NCBI GenBank assembly: GCA_010909165.1
Contig: MU008175.1
Coordinates: 1 to 64,000 of the forward strand
Direction: 5' to 3'
Length of the DNA stretch: 64,000 nucleotides
Origin: Anthoceros angustus
Taxonomy: Eukaryota; Plantae; Anthocerotophyta
Shown in pieces: positions 36,572 to 48,340 of this stretch; position 1 is the stretch's first letter, and each line of letters opens with the position of its first letter. The notes beneath the pieces were generated by a model. It saw only the letters and a program-made list of their open reading frames with translations. It was not told the DNA's origin and ran no database searches. The position numbers were made by a program, and so were the translations under genes.

Positions 36572-39500
36572 TTTTGGCGCCGCTGCCGGGAGTGTCATTG
36601 TTGTCAAGACCTTAGAGTAGACTAACCTTGTCTAGTAGTGTATTAGGAGTCTTGAGTGTGATACATGGATGCTACCCATTGAGTGAAAGTTCCGACTCAC
36701 CGTGAAGAGAAGACTCAAAGAAGAAGACAACGCGTGGAGCGAGGAAGGGCCGCGCATCGAGTCGAGGAGAGCACAAGAAGCAACGCACGCTGGAGGAGCC
36801 AAGAAGCAAGCGCCTAGGATCGATGTACCATCCTCTTCTCGACCTCCGTTGAACTTGTGTACTGAACTCAAAGAACTTTTGGACAGGCTAACAGAGATCC
36901 ATTGCTAGACCAACAATCGCGTTGCTGGGATAGTGACGATCGCCATGGCGACTCCTTTTGCAATAACTACGCAACCATACCACCGTATGGAGAGAAGAAG
37001 GGTATGAAGATCCGAGAGTTTGTTGAACGCTTTGAGCAACTAACCATTGCAAATCAGAACTGGGGATCTCAGATTCAACTCTTCTACCGGTGCCAAGAGG
37101 GAGTACCTCAAGGCATCAAGACTCAAAGAACCTTCAACGAATCAAGAAAGCCTTTTGTGAGAGGTTGGGGAATAGATGTAGAAGGCTACGTGTTGTCAAA
37201 GTTGGAGTTTTGAGGAGAAGAAGGAAGGAGACCTTGCAAGCTTATGTTGAGAGGTTTCTTAACTTGCGTGATCGTAGTGGTCCTCACTCGATTATGTGCC
37301 ATTCGGTGGTTGCTAAGGGGTTAGATCCGAGATGGGCCGACATGTGAGGTGCAAGCGGAGAAGGACGAGACAAGGCCATCAAGGCGGCACTCAACTACGA
37401 AGAATCCAACTCCTTGGACAAGAAGAAGCACAAGAAGGAAAAGAGCAAGAAGAAGAAGTCCAAGCGAGGGAAGAAGGACAAGGGATCTTCGTGGAGGAAG
37501 AATCTTGAGGAGAGTGACTCTCTCAAGACTCAGACTGGAGGACTCTTCCTGAGGATGGCAGACGGAGGAAGAATCCTCAAGACGAGAGACGCAGAAGAAG
37601 AAGAAGGTTGACATCGCTAAGAAGAAACCAGAGGCTCGAGGATCAAGGGAGCTGGCTGAGGCTAAACAAGAGGTTGCTAGTGCCAAGAAGGAAGTGGAAC
37701 AAGTCAAGAAGGAGGCTGAAGTCGCAGTCAAGAAGGTGCAACAGAAGAAATGAAGATGGAGGAAATGATGAGCAGAAGTTTCACCTCAACGCCGTGAAGG
37801 AGCATGAGAAGAGGAGAGCGCATCCAAAGGCTGGCTAACTGCTTTGTTCCACTTGTGGCCAGCCAGCCACACCAAGTCCAACTGCATGTGGCCAAGGTGC
37901 ACATGCTCGCCACGAGGAGGAGGAAGAGGATCGCCTGGAGGATACCTACCGATCCGTGGAGGTTTCCAAGGACAACAAGACCCAAGAGCCCATCCGCCGA
38001 TCAAAATTCCATGGGGCCGGCATTCGTAACAAACCAAGTGCCTGTGGTTGCTAACCAAGCAACGGTGTGGTTCAACAACCGTAGGGGGCTTTGGTCATTA
38101 TGCAATAGTCCATCGCCAACAGTGCCAATGGTGACTACGAACTACTGCCAAGACGCAAACAACAGGTCATGTAGCGGGAGTGTCACTTGCCCAAACCAAG
38201 GAAGATCTCAATTGCTCAACCACCGTGGGGAGTTCAAGCGCATCAAGGAGCCGTGGCAGCCATGCACGTGGAGGATGCCCTTATGGTCGCTTTGGGAGGA
38301 TGCGGAAGCCATGGTGTTGGGAGCTAGATGGACTGGGGTGCAGGAGACTACTACGGAGAGCAGCCATGGTCAGGCGCACTAGGAGTGAAAAGCTAGGAGG
38401 AAGTCATGGAAGAAGAAAGAGACGGAGGTGGAATCACCACAAAGTCAAGAGAGCACTCCAAGCCCGGAGGGAACGGATCCGAGGAGACACTTGAGAAGGA
38501 GAACCCCGAAGGAAGAATCAAGGAGTGAATCGCCTCATGGCCGGAGAAAAAGAAGTTCCAAAGAAAAGGGAGAGGAAACCCGAGTTTCCACCGGACGGCG
38601 CCGGAAGTCATGGAGATGATAGAGGAGGAATTGACCAAGACAAAAACCGCCGAGCTCGTGATCCTCGAGATCGCAGAAGTCCTCCGCTTAGCAACCGCCG
38701 CCAGCAGCAAGCAACCGACGCTAAGGGAGCAACCGCGATGGGAAGAAGGAGGGACCGATCGAGGACCATTTAACCTTGCCAAGCCATCATGGATCAGCAA
38801 TTTGCCATCACGCTTTGGTCAACTATTGAAGGACAACCAAGTACATGCAACAAGTTCGGAGGGCCTTGCAAGAAGCGCAACCCCAAGAGGAAGAGGCGAT
38901 TGCCCAAGCCGGACCAAGGGTGCTGACCCCTACCAACCTAGTGTCCATGATAGACCAAGGCCGGAGTGCAAGTGGAGATCGGCCGTGTCATCAAGCGGTT
39001 CCCTTGGAATCGGATCCGGGTGAACATCATGACGGAAGGGATAGCGAGGAAGCTTGGGTTGGACATTGAGCATACCACCAAGGTCAGATTACGACATGTC
39101 AAAAATGCACTGTGGGAGAATCAAGGGGAGTAACCACCATCATAGGGACCATTCCCTATCTCATGGACTATGTGGTTATCCAAAGACAAGGCGCCGGTAC
39201 GACATCCTATTGGGAAGGACCCGTCAGATGGCTCAAGATGCAAGATGACTTGGGGAGGAAGGAAGTGGCTTTTAAGCCAATGGATTGGGACCCCAAGACA
39301 AGGAGGGCCGAATGTTTGAGTTGGAGCAGGATACCACCGTGGGGAGACTCCTACAGAACGGAAGGATACACATCACCGGAGAAACATCCGACTGGAGGAA
39401 GAAGGAGAGAAATTGGACAAGTTTCCTTTTGCACATATCGCATGGTCGATGAGGAGGAGGAGTATAGGAGGGACATCCCTTACTCCTGTGGACCGCTTTG

Positions 39501-40926
39501 GTTTCATGGAGGACCGCACCATGAGGAGAGGAGGCTGCTAACGAGGCTTGCTGAAGCTTGCTAGGTTGCTAAGGAAGCAACAGATTCAAAAGGCGGTTGC
39601 TAAGGAAGGATCGAGGTGAGCAGTGAAAGGGAAGCCTTGGGATGGTGTATTCAACGGAGAAGGTGGAGTGTGATCAAGAAGATCATTTTCCGGATGAAGC
39701 TTTCCGGAGGAGGATGAGGAGAGTGCTAGGCCCAATGCCAAGTTGACGAAACGGAGTACAAATGAGAAGGAGGAGAAGTTTTGCACCTATGAGGAGGTCT
39801 TTCATTTTTAGCAAGTCGAATAATGACTGTCACTGAATGAGGGTTGTTCCTATACTTCGCACTGCTGTTAAGCGCGGAGACAAGCCGCATGGTAGGGGCA
39901 GATGGAGTTGAGAGGTTGTGGGTCAAGGATGGTCAAAGGACCGGGTTCTCGCCGCCTTGCATGAGGAGGAGGCCGGAGGTCACTATGCGCCGCCAACGTG
40001 ACTGTAAGAAGATCTTGGAGGCGGTGGTATTGGTGGCCAACCTTGCACGCCGATGCTAGGGAGTTCATCCGCCAGGATGCATGTCAAAGGGTTGGGAAGC
40101 CAACTAGGACCACACTGGCCATTGGTCCCTATCCTAGCCTTGGCGCCGAGAAGTGGGGATTGACTTGCAATGATTCACCCAAGACCAAGGGGAGCCGAAT
40201 CAATATATTCGGTAGCAACGGACTCGCACTGCATGTTGGAAGCTCAAGCCTTGCCCGTGGACAAAGAAATGTGGTGGCGTTCTGTTGAGCACATCATCAC
40301 AGACGGTGCCCGTTGAACGGTTAGCAGGAGTACCCATTTCATCAACGGTGATCTCACACATGGTGGAGTACTTCAACGCCACAGAAGACCACCCCTACAA
40401 CCCCAAGGCGAATGGACTCAGGAGAAAGCTAATGGTTGCTTTGCAGATCCTCAACAAGTTGATCATCACCTACACCTACGATTGGGACCGGAAGCTTCAC
40501 TCAGGGACAGATAGCGGAGAAGGTGACCACACAATGACCCCTACTACCTCACCTATGGGCACTCACCATCATGCCCATTGAGTTTGAAGTGCCAACGTTG
40601 AGAGTCCATATAAGAGGATGACGGTGGAGGAGAGCCGCTTGGAGAGGCTCATAGGCTTTGTTCAGCACATGGAGAAGGAACAAGCCTTGGCGCCCTGAGT
40701 AACGGAAGAGGAAGGAATGGCATGACCGGTTGCAAAAACAAGAGTACGTTGTTCGGGACTTGCTATTGTATGACAGTACATGCACTGGAAGCTGCATCTT
40801 AGATGGATGGGTCCCTGTGTGCAGGCAATGGATCCATACCAAAAGAACTGATGGACTGCTACAACGGGTCAATGGTTGGCGTGAAGAAGTATTACTAAGT
40901 TGGGACGCCAACAAATGAGGGGGGAG

Positions 40927-43084
40927 TGTGGTGACCACATGGGTACTCGACCCCCTGAAAAGGAGTGTTTTTTTGTTTTGTGTTTAAGTTGTGAGAATCG
41001 TGTGGAGTTGGAATGTGAAGTAGGTTAGGAAATAAGAAAAGTCTACTAGAGCCTAGTAGGAGGAAGAGAGTCTAGTCCCGATCCCGGATGAACCTTGGAG
41101 GGTTGGTCGCTCAGGCTAACGCGGTGCTAGGCCGTTGATACCGTGACTGTTATGACAACAACAACTGGGAGCTCGCTCTATGGTAGCAACTAAGTCGGAG
41201 TTATTTTCCGATAAATTCGGAAAACCTATTTGGGCGAAATCACGTGGAAATACCCGAAGGAAGTGTGGGGAACATGGAGGTACTTGATCCATGCCTTGAC
41301 GCAGGATCCTACCTATGGGTTGGACTCTTATGGAGGAGACCCACCGACCCATCCAGGATTCAAGAGCTCACCGAGGAGGAGTACTGTGCTGCGAGCACAA
41401 GAGAGAGAGGAGGAGTCCATGAGGAGGTGGAGATTTTGTGGGAGAGTTGCCCAACCACCAAGAGGGAGGAGAGCAAGAGCAAGGGAGGCCTAGGAGGCCT
41501 AGAGAGATAATAGGGTAAGTGACCAAATAGAGGCCCATGTGCTATAGATAGATCAAATCTTATCTTCTTAGTGGATGTAATTAAGAGATAGGCCTCTAGG
41601 ATGGTAGGCTAAGACCGATTGGTATTTTTGGCAAGCCCAAGCTACTTTGTGGGTGATCTTGGGTATAAGAGGCCTCTTGATGAAATGTAAGCAATGTTGG
41701 TTTAAGGTCTTGGTGTTTGGGGTGAGCACGGGTTTGGGGGTACCGGATCCGGCCGTAAGTCTAGACATGCTTTGTCCAGAGAAGCCAAGAAGACCACTGT
41801 TGCCTAGATCCGTGGCCGATCCGCAAGGGTGGTGGAAAGCAAGGGAGGGAGCCTTGAGGTCTCCTTGGAGGGAGTTTCCAAGGTCAAGAGGAAGGGGTTG
41901 TGAAGCCGGGAGGCTGTCCAGACTCTTCCTCATTCCCTTCAGCTAGTCTAGTACTCACCTTGTGTTTTGAGTTTCGTGTGTGTTGGAGGTCGGGTGTGGG
42001 AGAAGAGAGGCGGGAGCCCGTGTGTGAGGAGAAGACAAGGCGGGAGCCTGTGTGTGTGGAGGAGAAGTCAAGGAAAGTCAAGTGAGTTGGAGGCCTGGGC
42101 TTGTGTGTTTGGAAAATGAGAGGAAAGTGAACCGTGAGAGAAGTGGAGAATGGACATGGAGAGTTGCTGATTGGCTGTTTGAGAGGAGTAAGAAGGACTG
42201 GAGAAGTCTGTAAGTGATGTTTGTGTTGCTGAAGAAGAGAGCTGTGAGTGGAGGTTGAAGATCCCGTGAGTGGATGAGACGGAATGATTGCGGGAGGTAG
42301 CTGAACAAGTATTTTGAGAGTTGGTGAAGTGCTGTAAGGGCCTGGATGAGAACCTTGTAAGGACTGGAGAGGTGCTGTGAGCTGTGAAAGTGGAGATTGA
42401 ATGGGGCAGTGAGGTGTGAGAACAAGGAGAGTTGAAGAGAGTTGCTGGGGAGACTTGGAGAGTGTGGGGAGGACTGAGAGGCACCTCAAGGGGCTGTGAG
42501 AGCCGGAGAGGTCTATGGAGCTTGGAAGGTGAGCTGAAAGGCGGAGGAGAGACAAGGAAGTCTAAGAAGTGCCGCAAGAGAAAGGGGTAGTTTGTGAGCT
42601 GCAACCCTTTATCGTGAGTTGTCCTAGGTTTAGGTTTAGAGATTAGGGTTAGGGCCGCTTAGGTTGTCCATAAATAGTGTGTGGAAAAGGTGACACGTGG
42701 CTAACTCGATTGGTGGATCTAACTTTGTGGATAGATAAGAGAGGGTGTCCAACCTTATCCACTTGGATCCCCAAGTGGGTCCCACCTTCTATTAATAGCC
42801 GACCTGATCCCAAGGTGGACCCCACTGCTAAAATAGAGGGTGGTTGCTAAGATAGCAACCGGGTCCGTCCTGCTAAGGTAGCAATAGCAGGTCGCGTAAG
42901 ATAGCCACAGTGTCCGTGTGTTAGGATAGTAGCCTCGGTCTCAGAATCGCTAGATGTTTGGTGTCTGGTTTGGTTGATTGGCTATGTTTTGGTTGTCTTG
43001 ACACTAAATCACCCCTTGGGTACGAATCTCAAGTCTACAACGAGCAAGAGGGTAAATGGCCCTTTGTGACCACTCGAAAATCAA
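40927..43084 (+). repeat. 3' LTR of family B
   Basis: Preceded by a purine tract. The 3' terminus is degraded (…GACCACTCGAAAATCAA). Confidence 0.85.
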
Positions 43085-43860
43085 TGTATCTAATTTCGTG
43101 GACCTATATGTACCAACGACGAGGCACACACAAACCGGTACATTTTGGTGGCAACGACTATTGCACCGTGGGTGGAAGCAACGCATTAGAACGGATCATG
43201 AGCACGGGCCAAATTCTCTACGAAAAACATCATCACAAGGTACGGTGTCCGCTGTACCGGTAAGCGATCGGGAACCCATTTCCTCAATGATGTGATAACC
43301 GCAATGACGGACTATTTCGCATCACACATCGTAAAACGGCCCCTACAACCCAAGGCCAACGACCGACGGAGAAGACCCGGACTTATCCGCCGATCCTCAA
43401 TAAGCTTACGCTAACTATGCACGATCGATACAAAGCTACCATCGGCGGGCTCGTAACGAGAAGGTAACCAAACTCAGATTACTCTCGTATGGGCACTCAC
43501 CCGCGCCGTAGAGTTTGAGGTGCCAACCGGTCATGATGGAGGCGCTTAACGGATGAAGAGAGCCAACGAGCGCTGGGTTGCTAGAAAAGATACGAGGGAA
43601 GAGGCAACAATAATGCAATGCATGTAATCAACGAAACTATGGCATGATAGCGCCTAGAATCGTGGAGTATGTGAAGGAGGAGATCCGCCTCCTTACGATA
43701 CCGACATATGCACTTTCCGTAAACCCACCTATGGATGGGACCTTACCAAGTGGTCAGTATACGCCAATGGGTCCGCTCACCGGGCTTGGATGGTGAATTG
43801 CCGCCCACTCGGTGAACGGGTGGCGGTGAAAAAGTAATACGCTTAGTGTTGGCGAGACGC
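43085..43860 (+). pseudogene. Remainder of the family A integrase
   Basis: GI(D)FVGP...YILVATDYC..WVEA, PYNPKAN and YPPMDGTLP remnants. Resumes the frame broken at 34425. Confidence 0.8.
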
Positions 43861-43880
43861 CAACAGTGAGAAGGGGAGTA

Positions 43881-46800
43881 TGTGGACTACGGACTTCCCT
43901 TGGGGTTAACAGGTAGGTTTGTTTTTTTTTGTAGGAGCGAAGGATAAAATGAGGCGGGGAAATAAGCATGGAGCAGCACTGGACGCAAGACTGAGTATAC
44001 TCCGACCCCGAGTGAGGAACGCATCCGACCTACTATGGCGCGCCAGTAACGGATAAGTCCGACCCACCTGTGACCAGCAGATAAGTACGCCAAAGTAACT
44101 TAGAGTTGAGCCGAGGACGGACCAGCGCCACGACCCCCGAGTGGAGGACGGCATGCACCGCCAGACTGAATTGCCAGGCCGTTATAGCAGTATTCACGCC
44201 GGGATCGCGCGCGCGTAAAGGCCGAGTACGCGCGCGCGAAGGCCGCAGTAGCGGAGGCGAAGGTCGCATGCACCTGCACTGCGCTACGACAGTGGAAGAG
44301 GCGCCTCCGCCCGCTTCCCGGGCGCGCCAAGGGGAAGGTCCGCGCACCGAGACACCGCGATCTCGGGCCCGCCCCGCTCGCGTATCTCGTGACGCCAGAC
44401 GCTCGCGCGCTCACCGCTGAGGTTGGAGCACAACGCGCGAAGAAGGCGCAACGCGCCGCCTCTCCGGCAAGCCTACAAAGAACCAAGGGAGGAGAAGGCG
44501 ATGGCACCCAAAAGCCCGCGGAAGTTTGGGAGCCATGGAACCTGTGGAGCGCAACATTGTGACCCGCGCTATCCGGACTTTTGGGCCCCGGCCCGGAAGG
44601 TGAGAATTGGTGCAGGAGTGGCATTTGGATGTGTTCCATGGTCCGACGCTCGACAGTCACCGTCCGGAGTTCGCCCGAAAATGCCGGGCGGCGGCGGTCA
44701 AGGAGGTGCGGTCCAAGAACCTCCGGAGGACCCAAGGCGATGGACCTTGAGGTCCCGAGGGCGCCTACAACCGCCCAAAGGAGGAAGAAGGGGAGTGCCG
44801 AGCCCCTCAAGGCGAAGGGGAAGATAGGGCCGCCACGCCGGGCGATGCCGAGGCTCGACGCACCACCAACGGTATCGATATCCGACCGCTGATACCGGCG
44901 TAGCCCGATCATTGTCCATCGAACGCCACCAAGGTGGATCACCTTGGTGATAACTGCTGGTATTCCCCGCATGCGCTGCAGCTGGGAAGAGGGCGACTGG
45001 GAAGGATTATTTTCGCCTGCTTAGCCGAGGCTCGCAAGCTCGTGGACCGAGAAGCCTCGCCATCTGGGCCGCCCCATACCGATCCATGGGGGGCATTTCG
45101 AGCTCCTCAAGGAAGGAGAGCTTGAGCGAGCGCCCGAAAGGACCGAGGCCCCGCCGGAAGTGGAGCGCAAGGGCGCCGAGGAGGAGGCCGATCGTCAAAA
45201 GCCAAACGGACCCGGAGGAGGACGATCGAGGATTCCGACCCATACGCTGAACGGACCCCTCACCACCTGTGGAAGTATGGAAGAAATTCCCGCCCTCCTC
45301 CCGTGCCCCAACCAGCAGCCCCACAGAAGCGGCCCGACCCCAGCCCCCGCCACCCACAACCCCTACCGAGGAGCCCGACCTGTGAGGGAGCCAAGAGACG
45401 CAAGACCACGGCTATTAACGCGCACCGACGGTGCAAGACTTACCCCGCCCACCTGAGTGGCAAGAAGCGAGGAAGCAAGGAGGGCGTAAAGGGACGCCTG
45501 TGGAGCAGGAGGACACGCAGCACTGCACGAGCCGGGTCCTGCCGCCGATGAAGGGGCAAAAGGCTTGCTCCCGGACTCTCACCTCCTCCGAGCCCTGTGA
45601 GAAAAGGGCGAGAAGGAGCTCGCGCCAAAAGGGCCAAGGAGGGTGAAGCTGAGCCAAGACTCGTGACCTAAGGGTCCCGACAGGAGAACCCACCGACTTA
45701 CTCGGACAATGGTATGGAGGTCCTCGACTGCGGAAATGCCGGCCCCGCCACGGACTTTGTGGGAGCCTCACAGAGCGCCGTGGAAGAAACACGGTCCTGC
45801 TACCGCCATGGATGTATGCTGGGGTCTCGCGGGATGGCCGAGAAGACCTGTGGAGGTAGAAGCCACCGAGGCGCATGGTACTCCTCCAGTGAGCTTGAGG
45901 GAGCCCAGGAGGCAGAAGGAAGGCAAGCTCGGCCGGAGGAGGGAAACGGGAGGCCGAGAGGGAGGTCCGTCCATCCGCAAGGACCGACAAATTCCTTCAC
46001 CGAGGAGCACCAAGCAGCTAAGGAGGCCCAAGCGGCCGAGGACCTCCGCAGTGAGGGGCGAGCGCAGCAGAAGCGGAGGGCGCCCGGGCGAAGCGTAACG
46101 GGCGCGGACCGCGAGGCAGCTGACCGACCAGCCAAGCCGAGAGGCCTGTGAAGGTGGCCAAGGAGGCGAGGCCACGGCTGGCCGATCGCGATCACTATCG
46201 GCGTGATCGAACCGGAGGGAGGCCGAGAGCCACGCCAACAAGGCCGAGCAGGGAGCAAGCACGACGAGCCGTGCAAACACGGAGGCCAAGACCCGGAAAT
46301 CGGGACCCTGTGCACTGCAGGAGGTAGAAGGGAGGCGGCAGGAGTTGAGGACAAGAAGGACACCTTGGAGTTACAACCAAGACGCTGCTTGAGCAAGGAA
46401 TTCTCAATGAGAGAATCCAGACTTCGAGTGAGATAGAGCGCCCGCCTCGCCTCAAGATGGAGCAGGAGGTGGCGGAGCAAGCGCGACGCCCAGCCAAGAA
46501 GTTCGCAAGGAGAGATGGAGGATCCTGACTCGCCCGGAGGTGGAGCAAAGAAGGCAGGAGATGGAGGACCGCAAAGGAGACTTTGAGTCAGCCCAAACTA
46601 TCATTGAGAGGAATGGTACAGGACATGGTCGCGACCGAAATAGAGCGGCCTCCTGATGAGCGACGCGATGGAACAGGAGCAGTGACGCCGCCGAGATGGA
46701 GAAGGGCTCGGCGAAGCCCGCAGCCCGCCGACGTCTGAGCGGAGATGGCGGAGTTAATGCAATGGACAAAGAGGCGAGGGCCGAAGGGTGCAAGAAGCCC

Positions 46801-48340
46801 GGGTCCAAATTGAGGAAGGGGAACGCCGCTATGGCCGGCAATGGAACCAAGCGAGGGGAGTTGGAGCAGTGAGCAACAATACGCGGAGGTGACCGAGGCC
46901 TGGCCTGCGAGTGCACCCCCCATCAAACTCAAGTGGGGAGGTGGAGCAACAAGCGGGCAAGCTCCTCCCGAGCACCCATGGCGAAGGGAGTATCGGTGCT
47001 CCACACGTGGAAGAGGCAATCCAGCAAGTGGATTCGGACTTTGCCTATTACCACGCCGAGCTCAGGCTGAGGCCTCGCCTCCGCAAATAGACGGACCGGA
47101 AGGCCTTGAGGGGAAGAAGGGCAGGGAAAGACAGGACCCTAGTGCTTGGAGACGACGCAAGGAGAAGAGCCCCAAGAGGAGGGACGCTGACCCTGGTAAG
47201 TTCACCACCACCCGATCCCGAGAAGGGGTGAGGCCCAAGGGGTGCAGAGGAGCCAACCCAACCAAGACAAGGGCCTGGGTAAGGAGGAGGACCTAGCAAG
47301 ACGAGGTCCAGTGAAAGGGGTCCGAGTTTGGGGACCGGACTAATAAGTTCGACCGAGGTCCGAACCCTGAGACGAGGCCGACCCGCCGACTGGGGAAATA
47401 AGCCGACTCGGAGTTCGAGTCGAGACCGACCTCGAGGTCGACTCGGCAAGAAGGAGGAGCCCCTCGACTTACGCGGGAGAGGATAGCCGTGGCCCCACCG
47501 AGGGGGACCCATGGGAGGCTGGGGAGGATGACGAGGTGGAACGGGCGGCCGCCGACCGCCACGAGCCCAACCCGGCTGTGATTCCGGGAGAGGAGGGGTC
47601 CGCCGCCGGATCATCCGATTGCGCGCCGCAATGCCGACGGAGATTGGACCACCAATCCCAAGGGAACTGGACCTTCCCCCACCACCGCGGGAGATAGGGG
47701 AGGGAATAGGATGGTAGGCGGCCGACAGGCATACCGATGGCCGCCACCGTAATAGGTGTAATAAAGACGCCGACCGGCGTAGTATAAGAGGCGGGCCGCT
47801 CAATAAATCATCTTCTTGGTGTTGATGCTGCTCGCACCTTGTGTGTCTTCTTGCTAACGTGAGTCCCGAGTCACCGAAAGCATGGCACCCGGAGGGATTG
47901 ATCGTGGTCCCGTGACCTAACCCAACGGTTGTGGTGTGTGCAGGAAGGGTGACTGGGACCTGCTCGCCCCAGCCGCCCAACGAACTCCGAACGTGGAGCC
48001 GGAGGGACTGGAGGCAGAGCCGGACGGAGAGGCCCAGAACGGAGGAGGTCCTGACTGTAACCCGCGGCCTTCCCTTAAGACCGATAAGTAGTGAGAGGAG
48101 AGAGGAACGGAGAGAGGTGAGATTAACGTGAACGAAACGGACGCGAACGGGTCCTTAAACGCTTGGCCATACCGGCCGCGTTTGTCGCGAGTAGTTAGAC
48201 GTGAAAGAGTGTGTGCGCTGGGACCGAACGACGCAGTAAGACGAGAATCGAAACGCGAACGGAGCTATTCCTTTGGGAACGAACTCTTCCTACAACGACA
48301 CGGATTGTGCGCGCCTACCGTCATTGCAAAAGTCGCCACA
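43881..48340 (+). repeat. Family A LTR (4460 bp), serving as 3' LTR and also followed by a PBS
   Basis: PPT upstream. TATAAGA at 47783 and AATAAA at 47802. TTTTGGCGCCGGG follows at 48341. Confidence 0.9.

Larger units (their letters stand above)
34426..43084 (+). mobile_element. Ty3/gypsy element family B, non-autonomous (gag-PR-INT; RT/RNase H apparently absent), 2.15-kb LTRs
   Basis: LTRs 34426-36571 and 40927-~43084 (TGTGG(G)TGACCACATGGG...); PBS TGGCGCCGCTGCCGGG at 36575; PPT at 40917-40926; TSD GGTAT/TGTAT. gag ~36700-38100, protease ~38950-39250, DHFPDE linker ~39680, integrase ALHEEEAGGHY..WWPTLHADAREFI ~39950-40900. Confidence 0.85.
21146..48340 (+). mobile_element. Ty3/gypsy element family A (Athila/Tat-related, tRNA-Asp PBS) with 4.4-kb LTRs, carrying two nested insertions
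   Basis: LTRs 21146-25526 and 43881-48340 (TGTGGACTACGG...GCCACA); PBS at 25530; PPT GAGAAGGGGAG at 43868-43878. gag ~25550-27300, protease VMLDTG ~27555, RT (KLNAAT..KDHFPMPF; EVFLDDF; CLHPEKC) 28330-29100, RH ~29150-29500, INT 29750-29990 + 34407-34425 + 43085-43860. Confidence 0.9.
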
